64,000 nt of DNA from positions 590,789 to 654,788 of the forward strand of contig JACKPV010000023.1 in NCBI GenBank assembly GCA_024233305.1. Direction: 5' to 3'. The translations under genes were made by a program, and so were the position numbers. This document shows positions 17,656-26,362 of the stretch, piece after piece. Each line of letters opens with the position of its first letter. Within the stretch, counting starts at the first letter, position 1. The notes under the pieces are model-generated. The model worked only from the letters and a program-made list of their open reading frames with translations. It was not told the DNA's origin and made no database searches. Source of the DNA: Verrucomicrobiales bacterium. Its GTDB lineage: Bacteria; Verrucomicrobiota; Verrucomicrobiia; Limisphaerales; J093.

Positions 17656-20022
17656 TCAGCTCCACCGGGCGCGTTGCGCCGGCAGCCAGCGTTCCAAGAG
17701 GTCCTGGCAGTTGATCGCCTTCTCCCGGAGATCCGCGGGCACGTAGAAGTATTGATTCGAGGCCTCGAAGCCGAGGCGTGAGTCGCGGGTTTGCAGGGCG
17801 TGGAGCCGGACCGCGTCGGCCAGTTCTGCGCGAAGCACGGTTTCGAGTTCGTCCAGCAGCGGAGTCGCGACCGCCTTCGATTCCACGCCAGCCAGGGCGT
17901 TGCGGGCCACCACGAACCGCGCCTGGTGGCCTGTGCTTCGGAAGTGAATTCCCGCCGCTTCCATCACCCGCAGTTCGGCTTCGACGGTGGCCCGCTGCCC
18001 GGAGGTCAGACGTTCCGCCAGGCGCTCGACCTCGGCGCGCAGTCGTTCGCCGGCCTGCGTGAGTCCCTCGGCGACCTTCCTGAACTGCCCGATGAAAACG
18101 TCCGCGGGATACACCTGCCGCCAGGCATCGAGGTCGTCGTACGGGAAACCGACCATCGAAGCGCGGTAACCGGTCGGGCGTTCCCAGAGGAGGTTGGCCG
18201 GGCCGTATTGCATCGGGGCGTTGTAGACCAGGCCGCCGTGGTAGGGGAACTCGCTGAAGGCCTCGCTGCAACGGTTCCAGGCCGCCACCACGGACGGCGC
18301 CACAGCGGGACCGAAGCGACGTTCCGCCACCGCGCGCATCGCCGGTTCCACGGGGTCCGCAGCGGCGTTCGGCGCCTGGGACGCGATTTCGGCGACGACT
18401 TCCAGATTGGGGGATGGGTAGCCGCCGAGGGTCCAACCCAGCATCAAACCGTCCACCCCCTCGGCTTGCAGGTTGGCGGCGTGCCGGGCCACGTTGCGAA
18501 CGGCCGGGATGTAGGGCACGGACGAGAGTTCCCAGGTGTTGCCTGCCTGGATCTTGGCGATGACGCGCAGGCCGCGTTCGCGGGCCACCGCCCAGTGACG
18601 TCGGGCGCGCGGTCCCGGGCCGACCGTTGAAATCGAGTATTCGCCCACCGTGGTCCCTATGCCGCCGCGGTTGATGGGGATGCTCCACTCACTGACGCTC
18701 ATCAGGGAGGCTTCGGACGGCAACTGCCGGATGGCCTCGGGCGCCCAATCGTCCCGCCAGCCCCAGTCCCACGCGATCAACCGCGAGCGTCCCTCCGCCC
18801 GGCGGATGCCGTCGACGATGCAATGGTTGACCTCCGCGATCACGGTGGCGGGCGGGCGCGAGGCGCAACGCGGGCAGTTGGCGCCGGCATGGTGGGACCA
18901 GCAGTTGGTCAGGTTCTCCGAAGCCGTGATGGTAAAGAACCCGGCGAGGTCGGGCACGGCGCGGACGATGGATGCCACCGCATCGCGCAAGTAATCGCGC
19001 ACCGCGGGCACGCTCGTGCACAGCGTCGCGTGGTCCCCCTCGGTCACGCCCCGCAACTCGGGGTGGTCAGCGAAGAAGGCCAGCGGCATGGCGCGGGGTT
19101 CGTTCAGGTAGAGCCAGATGCCCATGCCGTGACGACCGGCGCGTTCGACGAGACGGGCCAGGTTGATGAGCCGTTTCTCGCGTTCCCGGCTCAGCTCGGG
19201 ATTCCAGGGAAAGCGGGCCAGTTGATAGAGCACCCCCTGCAACCACACACCGTCGACGCCCGACGCGGCGAGCCGGGCCAGGAAACCGTCAGGAAAAGGA
19301 TCCGCCTGCGGGTCCAGCAACGGATCACCGTAAAGGGCGAAGTAGGAATAGCAGTAGCGCGGACTCAGCTTCGAAACCGGCCGGGCGGTGGCTGCCGGTT
19401 CCGGTGGCGCACTCAACTGCCGCACGAAGTCGAACAAGGGTTCCGCGGGTTCCTGGTCGACAGCAAAAGTGGCCCGCACCTGCCGGGCGATGGTGGCTTC
19501 ACGCTCGCGGGTGGCGTCGTCGGAAGGTTGGTATCGCACCGGGGCGCAGGCCGGCTTCAGGTTGCCGAGCTTGATATACAGGAAGTCGTCCTCGCGCAGC
19601 GCAAAGGCCAGCTGGTCGGACGTCCACCCGAGCAGGGCCAGCAACTGGTCGTACGGCAGGAGTTGCCAGTTGCGGCGGATGATCGTGATGGCGCTGCGTC
19701 GTTCCTGATCGACGCTGACCGGCGCCGGCGCGCGCAACCCCATGGCTCCGCCGAGGTCGCGGATCGCCTGCGGCGTGGCGCCGACCACCGTGGCCAGCCG
19801 TTCCAGCGGGACGAGATCCCAGTTGCGCCACACGAAGGCGTGGAGGCGCGAAGGGAAATGGGGCAGGGCGACGGGCGCCGGCGCCGAACCGACCGGCAGA
19901 TCGCCGATGGCCAGGGACGCTTGGGGGGCATTGGTGGCGGCGGGAAGATTCGGGCCATCCAGCAGGAACGCGCCGGTGGCGAGACCGGTCGTCTGGAGAA
20001 AACGACGTCGAGAAGGGTGCAT
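17656..20022 (-). CDS. Tat-signal secreted TIM-barrel glycoside-hydrolase-like protein (family unassigned)
   Basis: The internal Met at 20022 gives MHPSRRRFLQTTGLATGAFLL (twin-arginine motif). The body has alternating beta/alpha-like segments (GVDGVWLQGV, GMGIWLYLNEP, FFTITASENLTNCW, LIAWDWGW, VIAKIQAGNTWE, GLMLGWTLGGYPSPN). The fold call was made by eye only. Confidence 0.65.
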   Translation of the reverse strand: MHPSRRRFLQTTGLATGAFLLDGPNLPAATNAPQASLAIGDLPVGSAPAPVALPHFPSRLHAFVWRNWDLVPLERLATVVGATPQAIRDLGGAMGLRAPAPVSVDQERRSAITIIRRNWQLLPYDQLLALLGWTSDQLAFALREDDFLYIKLGNLKPACAPVRYQPSDDATREREATIARQVRATFAVDQEPAEPLFDFVRQLSAPPEPAATARPVSKLSPRYCYSYFALYGDPLLDPQADPFPDGFLARLAASGVDGVWLQGVLYQLARFPWNPELSREREKRLINLARLVERAGRHGMGIWLYLNEPRAMPLAFFADHPELRGVTEGDHATLCTSVPAVRDYLRDAVASIVRAVPDLAGFFTITASENLTNCWSHHAGANCPRCASRPPATVIAEVNHCIVDGIRRAEGRSRLIAWDWGWRDDWAPEAIRQLPSEASLMSVSEWSIPINRGGIGTTVGEYSISTVGPGPRARRHWAVARERGLRVIAKIQAGNTWELSSVPYIPAVRNVARHAANLQAEGVDGLMLGWTLGGYPSPNLEVVAEIASQAPNAAADPVEPAMRAVAERRFGPAVAPSVVAAWNRCSEAFSEFPYHGGLVYNAPMQYGPANLLWERPTGYRASMVGFPYDDLDAWRQVYPADVFIGQFRKVAEGLTQAGERLRAEVERLAERLTSGQRATVEAELRVMEAAGIHFRSTGHQARFVVARNALAGVESKAVATPLLDELETVLRAELADAVRLHALQTRDSRLGFEASNQYFYVPADLREKAINCQDLLERWLPAQRARWS

Positions 20023-20106
20023 GACCACCGAGCTTCCACGGGCGCGGCGCCGCGTCAAGTTCGGGCAGCCGGTGGACGCACGGCGGCGCGCATCCCGGCT
20101 TCTTCG

Positions 20107-22062
20107 ATAGGGGTAGGGATGACGGGATTAGCGCCACCCCTCCCTCCGAACCGTACGGGCGGATTTCCCGCATACGGCTCTCCGGTCAGTGGGGTCTCGG
20201 CGAGACTAACTGTAAGCGCGCGAGCCATGTTCCAGACTAAACAAGCCCTGCGCCGCAAACCAGCGGTTCGGCCAGCGTCGGCTGTCGGCTTCACTCAGCC
20301 CGTGTCCGGGCCGCTTCTCCCGCTTGCGCAGCAGCGCCCGCAAGCGGCGGCGCAGCCACCCATCCGGGCCACTCAGGCCCGTCGGGTAACTGTCCCGGAA
20401 GTAGCCGAGCCAACCCCGCAGGATCGGGTTCACTTTCGCGATGATTTCCCCCAGGCTTCGCCCGTTGGTCCGTCGCGTCAGCGGTCGCAACCGCTCCTGC
20501 AGCTTCTTGCGGCTCTTCTTCCGCGGCCATTTCTTCCCCCCGCGGAAGTGCCAGCCCAGGAAATCGAATCCCTCGTCGGTGGCGTTCACTATCCGGGTCT
20601 TGGTCGGGTGCAGGGTCAGCCCCGCTCCCGTGGTCCACTCCCGCAGATAGTCCAGCACCGTCTCGGCCGCTTCCCGGCTCCGGCACAGCACCACCAAATC
20701 ATCCGCATAGCGCACCATCGCCCAGCCCCGCCGTTCCATCTCCTGGTCCAACGGGTTGAGATACAGGTTCGCCAGGAGCGGACTGATCACGGCCCCCTGC
20801 GGGGTCCCGCGTTCGGTCGGCTGCCAGCCCTTGAGCGTTTCCAGCACGCCGGCCTTCAGGCATTGTTCCACCAGCGCCAGGACCCTGCCATCCACCACTC
20901 GCTGTTTGACCAACGCCATCAGTCCCTCATGCGGAATGGTGTCAAAGTAGCTCTTGAGGTCCGCGTCCACGCACCAGACGTAGCCTTGGCTCATCCACTC
21001 TTCCACCCTTCCCACCGCTTCCCGACAGCCACGTCCCGGTCGAAACCCATAGCTGCACTCGGCAAAGTCCCGCTCCAAGATCGGCTCCAGAACATTGCGC
21101 AAGGCCGCTTCCACGGTCCGGTCCCGCACCGCCGGGATGCCCAGCGGTCGCTTCTCGGTCGTGCCCATTTTCCCGATCCAGACGCGCCGCGCCGGTTGGC
21201 GGCGGTAGCTCCCGGTGCGCAATTCTTCCCCCAGGCGGGCCAATTCGCTCGTCCCCTGTTGGTCGAACTGTTGCACCGTTTGTCCATCCACTCCGGGAGC
21301 ACCCCGGTTCCGCCATACCGCGTGGAAAGCGGCCTGCAGGTTCCGCAGCGCGCAGACTTTGTCCCAGAGTCCGAACCATACCGTTGTCGACCCGCTTTGG
21401 GCGAGCCGCGTTAGCATCCGGTCCGTCCATACCGAACGTTGGATCCACCACCCAGGGGCGCGGACCTCTCCGGCTTGTTTAGCCTGGGTTGCCCCAGACA
21501 CTATCGCCGGTCGTTCTTGGCGTTCGTCGTTCGTCATGGTCGTTCCGTCTCCACTTCCCTGCGCCCCTTCGCTCCCCGGGCGTTACCCCGCTTCCTCGCT
21601 ACTATGGACGCTCTGACTCCCGCCGGGCGGCTCTTCGGACCTTGCGGCCATGAACACCGTTCTGTTCCCCGACGGGTCTCCCTGCTTCCTTCGCCCATGC
21701 TTCCCATCGTTCCGTCCCCAACCACCCCACCGCGCCAGTCCGGGCATTTGTCTCCATCCACTCTTCCTCTGCCGGGACCGCCAGCCAGAAGACCCGGTCG
21801 CCTGGTGCCGACCGAGGGAAGTCCTCCCACTTGGGTCATGGCCTGGGCTTCGCACAGCGCTCGCAGGCTCGCCGCTCGGCGTGGCCGAATCGGGTTCACA
21901 TGGCTTCGTTGTCTCACTTCGCTTCGTTACGGACCGATGGTTCACCTCCGGCAGCTCTCCACCCCGTGTTGCCACGACGCAGTAGCCTTCGGTCACAGGC
22001 GGGTGAATGAACCGCCTGACGAGGACTTTCACCTCGCAATATGGACGCCCTCACAGGCGCAC
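20107..22062 (-). mobile_element. Group II intron, copy 2 (1956 nt) in a decayed MITE
   Basis: Same ends and length as copy 1, on the minus strand. The 5' flank hairpin arm is CTGCGGAATGAATTCCGCGCTC. A degenerate terminus GCGCGCATCCCGG at 20086..20098 matches the MITE end at 10 of 13 positions. Confidence 0.9.
20206..21537 (-). CDS. Group II intron reverse transcriptase/maturase
   Basis: 443 aa. It matches the copy-4 RT except H to N in RRTNGRS. Relative to copy 1 it also has Q for P in KKLQERL. Confidence 0.92.
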   Translation of the reverse strand: MTNDERQERPAIVSGATQAKQAGEVRAPGWWIQRSVWTDRMLTRLAQSGSTTVWFGLWDKVCALRNLQAAFHAVWRNRGAPGVDGQTVQQFDQQGTSELARLGEELRTGSYRRQPARRVWIGKMGTTEKRPLGIPAVRDRTVEAALRNVLEPILERDFAECSYGFRPGRGCREAVGRVEEWMSQGYVWCVDADLKSYFDTIPHEGLMALVKQRVVDGRVLALVEQCLKAGVLETLKGWQPTERGTPQGAVISPLLANLYLNPLDQEMERRGWAMVRYADDLVVLCRSREAAETVLDYLREWTTGAGLTLHPTKTRIVNATDEGFDFLGWHFRGGKKWPRKKSRKKLQERLRPLTRRTNGRSLGEIIAKVNPILRGWLGYFRDSYPTGLSGPDGWLRRRLRALLRKREKRPGHGLSEADSRRWPNRWFAAQGLFSLEHGSRAYS

Positions 22063-22173
22063 GAGCGCGGAATTCATTCCGCAGCAAGCTTGACGGCCGG
22101 TGGGGCCAGCGGAATGAACCCCGTGCACCATTTCCCCAGCCGCCTCGGACTTGTGAAAAGCTGCGCCGTGACC

Positions 22174-22213
22174 ATTCAGTAGCTCGTAGCCGCCGACGTG
22201 TAATCGGCGCATG
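22174..22213 (+). repeat. REP-like palindromic unit, copy A
   Basis: ATTCAGTAGCTCGTAGCCGCCGACGTGTAATCGGCGCATG. Near-identical units occur at 61956..61995 (+) and 62093..62145 (-). The core hairpin is GCCGAC-N5-(G/A)TCGGC. Confidence 0.6.
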
Positions 22214-22598
22214 CTTTAGCCGTAACCATGCAGTAGGATCCACCACGGATGGGCACCTCGCGCGGGTCGCGGTGACGTCCGGTGCCTTGAACACACTCGG
22301 GCTGTCGACTTCTCGCTTCCCGCACCGCGAGCACGGCCTCCCTCACCAACCCAAGGCCCGAGGGCAGGCATGTGACAATATCAAGAACTGACCCCTTTGC
22401 AGTGATAACCCACGTTTCTGTGGGCGCCGGAGAGGGTGTGGAAACCGGCCTGAAGACTCCCGTCAGCGGATGACGTGCGAGCGAAGACTCACGAAAACGA
22501 CTGCAAATATTTCGCCCGAAGAAAGGGTTGACAGGTTTTTGGCAGCGCGAGCGGAGAGCTTGCCGGTCAGTCCGTGCACGCGGTATCATCCCGCCTCA

Positions 22599-23162
22599 AT
22601 GAGCGAGGTAACCCGGCTGCTGGATGCCGTGGAACGTGGCGAATCCCAGGCCGCGGAGGAATTGCTGCCGCTCGTATACGGGGAACTGCGCCGCCTGGCA
22701 GCGGTTCGCATGGCTGCCGAGAAGCCCGGCCAGACCCTGCAGGCGACTGCCCTGGTCCACGAAGCGTGGCTGCGGCTTGCCGGCAATGATCACCAACAGT
22801 GGCGCGGGCGAACTCACTTCTTCAGGGCTGCCGCCGAAGCCATGCGGCGGATTCTCATTGATCGCGCGCGGAGTAAGGCAGCCGCCAAACGCGGTGATGC
22901 GGTGCCGCTCGAGGAACTCCACGAAAGCCGCCTCGTGATGCGGGCACCAGAATCGGAGGCCCTCGCCGTGAATGAAGCCTTGGATGAACTCTCCGACACC
23001 GATCCCGTCGCCGCCCAGGTGGTCAAACTGCGCTACTTCGCCGGCATGACGGTCCCGGAGATTGCGCAGGTGCTCGGGGTCTCGGAGCGGACCGTGCATC
23101 GCAATTGGGCGTACGCCCGGTCCTGGTTGAAGGGGGCGATTCGTGACGGCGAAACGGTCTGA
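22599..23162 (+). CDS. ECF-type sigma-70 family factor, TIGR02999-like (the kinase-associated ECF group)
   Basis: The N-terminus MSEVTRLLDAVERGESQAAEELLPLVYGELRRLAAVRMAAEKPGQTLQATALVHEAWLRL is the characteristic start of this family. The region 4 HTH is MTVPEIAQVLGVSERTVHRNWAYARSWL. A Ser/Thr kinase lies immediately downstream. Confidence 0.85.
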   Translation: MSEVTRLLDAVERGESQAAEELLPLVYGELRRLAAVRMAAEKPGQTLQATALVHEAWLRLAGNDHQQWRGRTHFFRAAAEAMRRILIDRARSKAAAKRGDAVPLEELHESRLVMRAPESEALAVNEALDELSDTDPVAAQVVKLRYFAGMTVPEIAQVLGVSERTVHRNWAYARSWLKGAIRDGETV

Positions 23163-23273
23163 GGGCGCTTCGCGATTTGAGGCGCCGGGAGCGCCCCGGA
23201 CAGAATTTTGAAATTCCGTGTCAGGGTTTGGCCCCGGATTACGCCATTCCCTCATGAACGGACCGTGTCAGCG

Positions 23274-24406
23274 ATGAACGCCGAAGCCAAAGCCAGCGAT
23301 TGTCCCGAGCGCGACATCTTCTTCGAAGCCATCGAAAAGGCATCGGAGGAAGAGCGCGCGGCGTACGTCGAGGTGGCCTGCGGCGAGGATGCGGCCCTGC
23401 GTCGGCGCGTCGAGGTCCTGCTGACCGACCATTCCGAGGACGACGAGTTCATGCGGACCCCGGTCGCGGAGATTGTGGCCCTGGATACACCCAACGCGGC
23501 AACACTGGAACAACCCGGCACCCTGATCGGCCGCTACCGGCTACTGGAACCACTCGGCGAAGGCGGGTTCGGCGTGGTCCATCTGGCGGACCAACAGGAG
23601 CCGATCCGCCGCCAGGTCGCCCTGAAGATCATCAAGCTGGGCATGGACACCCGGCAGGTCATCGCCCGCTTCGAGGCCGAGCGGCAGGCCCTGGCGATGA
23701 TGGACCATCCCAACATCGCCAAGGTGCTCGATGCCGGGGTCACGGAGACTGGACGTCCCTACTTCGTCATGGAACGGGTCCGGGGCATTCCGATCACGCG
23801 GTTCTGCGAGGAAAACCGACTCTCGATCGAGGGACGCCTCGAACTCCTCATCCCCGTCTGCCACGCCATCCAGCATGCCCACCAGAAGGTGATCATTCAC
23901 CGGGACATCAAGCCCTCGAACGTCCTGGTCACGGGCAGTCCCGATGGTTCGGGCCACCCGATGGTGATCGACTTCGGAGTCGCCAAGGCCATCGAGGAAC
24001 CGCTTACCGACAAGCCGCTCCACACCAGCCTGCTCCAGATGATCGGCACGCCGGCTTACATGAGCCCCGAGCAGGCCGAGCGGGGACCGGGCGGCGTCAG
24101 CGATGTGGACACCCGCAGCGACGTCTATTCGCTGGGCATCCTGCTTTATGAACTCCTCACCGGCACCACGCCTTTTCCCGAGGAACGGCTGCGAGAAGCC
24201 GGGTTCGCCGAGATTCAACGGATCCTCAGCCAGGAGGAACCGCAGCAGCCGTCCGCCCGCCTTGCGGAAATCCAGGGGAGCACACGCGCCCCCGCGTGTC
24301 CCCGACCGGCGCCCCCGCCGGTTGGCTCTGGAAAGGGGGCTGGGGCCGGAAGTGAAAACGGATTCGACGGGGGCGTCGAATCCTGCACGCGAGGGCGCGT
24401 GCGCTC
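23274..24406 (+). CDS. Ser/Thr protein kinase, exon 1 (interrupted by group II intron copy 3)
   Basis: Hanks kinase motifs present: GEGGFGVVHLA, VALKIIK, IIHRDIKPSNVLV, DFGVAKA, GTPAYMSPEQ and DVYSLGILLYELLTG. The ORF-track tail beyond 24406 reads into the intron. Confidence 0.85.
24278..24406 (+). repeat. 129-nt hairpin cluster inside the kinase ORF, immediately 5' of intron copy 3
   Basis: Four local hairpins with C4 or G-rich tetraloops: 24282..24299 (ACACGCG-CCCC-CGCGTGT), 24305..24322 (ACCGGCG-CCCC-CGCCGGT), 24360..24383 (GGATTCGACG-GGGG-CGTCGAATCC) and 24385..24402 (GCACGCG-AGGG-CGCGTGC). The outer 21 nt are also mutually complementary, with 2 mismatches. Confidence 0.7.
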
Positions 24407-26362
24407 GTGCGCCTGTGAGGGCGTCCATATTGCGAGGTGAAAGTCCTCGTCAGGCGGTTCATTCACCCGCCTGTGACCGAAGGCTACTGCGTCGTGGCAA
24501 CACGGGGTGGAGAGCTGCCGGAGGTGAACCATCGGTCCGTAACGAAGCGAAGTGAGACAACGAAGCCATGTGAACCCGATTCGGCCACGCCGAGCGGCGA
24601 GCCTGCGAGCGCTGTGCGAAGCCCAGGCCATGACCCAAGTGGGAGGACTTCCCTCGGTCGGCACCAGGCGACCGGGTCTTCTGGCTGGCGGTCCCGGCAG
24701 AGGAAGAGTGGATGGAGACAAATGCCCGGACTGGCGCGGTGGGGTGGTTGGGGACGGAACGATGGGAAGCATGGGCGAAGGAAGCAGGGAGACCCGTCGG
24801 GGAACAGAACGGTGTTCATGGCCGCAAGGTCCGAAGAGCCGCCCGGCGGGAGTCAGAGCGTCCATAGTAGCGAGGAAGCGGGGTAACGCCCGGGGAGCGA
24901 AGGGGCGCAGGGAAGTGGAGACGGAACGACCATGACGAACGACGAACGCCAAGAACGACCGGCGATAGTGTCTGGGGCAACCCAGGCTAAACAAGCCGGA
25001 GAGGTCCGCGCCCCTGGGTGGTGGATCCAACGTTCGGTATGGACGGACCGGATGCTAACGCGGCTCGCCCAAAGCGGGCCGACAACGGTATGGTTCGGAC
25101 TCTGGGACAAAGTCTGCGCGCTGCGGAACCTGCAGGCCGCTTTCCACGCGGTATGGCGGAACCGGGGTGCTCCCGGAGTGGATGGACAAACGGTGCAACA
25201 GTTCGACCAACAGGGGACGAGCGAATTGGCCCGCCTGGGGGAAGAATTGCGCACCGGGAGCTACCGCCGCCAACCGGCGCGGCGCGTCTGGATCGGGAAA
25301 ATGGGCACGACCGAGAAGCGACCGCTGGGCATCCCGGCGGTGCGGGACCGGACCGTGGAAGCGGCCTTGCGCAATGTTCTGGAGCCGATCTTGGAGCGGG
25401 ACTTTGCCGAGTGCAGCTATGGGTTTCGACCGGGACGTGGCTGTCGGGAAGCGGTGGGAAGGGTGGAAGAGTGGATGAGCCAAGGCTACGTCTGGTGCGT
25501 GGACGCGGACCTCAAGAGCTACTTTGACACCATTCCGCATGAGGGACTGATGGCGTTGGTCAAACAGCGAGTGGTGGATGGCAGGGTCCTGGCGCTGGTG
25601 GAACAATGCCTGAAGGCCGGCGTGCTGGAAACGCTCAAGGGCTGGCAGCCGACCGAACGCGGGACCCCGCAGGGGGCCGTGATCAGTCCGCTCCTGGCGA
25701 ACCTGTATCTCAACCCGTTGGACCAGGAGATGGAACGGCGGGGCTGGGCGATGGTGCGCTATGCGGATGATTTGGTGGTGCTGTGCCGGAGCCGGGAAGC
25801 GGCCGAGACGGTGCTGGACTATCTGCGGGAGTGGACCACGGGAGCGGGGCTGACCCTGCACCCGACCAAGACCCGGATAGTGAACGCCACCGACGAGGGA
25901 TTCGATTTCCTGGGCTGGCACTTCCGCGGGGGGAAGAAATGGCCGCGGAAGAAGAGCCGCAAGAAGCTGCAGGAGCGGTTGCGACCGCTGACGCGACGGA
26001 CCCACGGGCGAAGCCTGGGGGAAATCATCGCGAAAGTGAACCCGATCCTGCGGGGTTGGCTCGGCTACTTCCGGGACAGTTACCCGACGGGCCTGAGTGG
26101 CCCGGATGGGTGGCTGCGCCGCCGCTTGCGGGCGCTGCTGCGCAAGCGGGAGAAGCGGCCCGGACACGGGCTGAGTGAAGCCGACAGCCGACGCTGGCCG
26201 AACCGCTGGTTTGCGGCGCAGGGCTTGTTTAGTCTGGAACATGGCTCGCGCGCTTACAGTTAGTCTCGCCGAGACCCCACTGACCGGAGAGCCGTATGCG
26301 GGAAATCCGCCCGTACGGTTCGGAGGGAGGGGTGGCGCTAATCCCGTCATCCCTACCCCTAT
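24407..26362 (+). mobile_element. Group II intron, copy 3 (1956 nt), inside the kinase ORF in sense orientation
   Basis: Same GTGCGCC...CCCCTAT ends and length as the other copies, anchored by conserved internal ORF offsets. Confidence 0.9.
24932..26263 (+). CDS. Group II intron reverse transcriptase/maturase
   Basis: 443 aa. It matches the copy-4 RT except S to P in LAQSGPTTVW. Confidence 0.92.
   Translation: MTNDERQERPAIVSGATQAKQAGEVRAPGWWIQRSVWTDRMLTRLAQSGPTTVWFGLWDKVCALRNLQAAFHAVWRNRGAPGVDGQTVQQFDQQGTSELARLGEELRTGSYRRQPARRVWIGKMGTTEKRPLGIPAVRDRTVEAALRNVLEPILERDFAECSYGFRPGRGCREAVGRVEEWMSQGYVWCVDADLKSYFDTIPHEGLMALVKQRVVDGRVLALVEQCLKAGVLETLKGWQPTERGTPQGAVISPLLANLYLNPLDQEMERRGWAMVRYADDLVVLCRSREAAETVLDYLREWTTGAGLTLHPTKTRIVNATDEGFDFLGWHFRGGKKWPRKKSRKKLQERLRPLTRRTHGRSLGEIIAKVNPILRGWLGYFRDSYPTGLSGPDGWLRRRLRALLRKREKRPGHGLSEADSRRWPNRWFAAQGLFSLEHGSRAYS

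Noticed and set aside
24360-24383. GGATTCGACGGGGG motif resembling a tmRNA 5' end, and GTCGAATCC resembling a tRNA T-arm
   Set aside because: It is simply a perfect 10-bp hairpin with a GGGG loop. There is no acceptor stem, no other tRNA arms and no tag ORF, and it sits inside a kinase ORF.
26175-26362. N-terminal 63 residues of tracked ORF 26175..28136, and the C-terminal tail of 23208..24440 beyond 24406
   Set aside because: These stretches are intron sequence (domains V/VI and the intron 5' end) read in frame by chance. The same peptide, MKPTADAGRTAG..., appears downstream of every intron copy.
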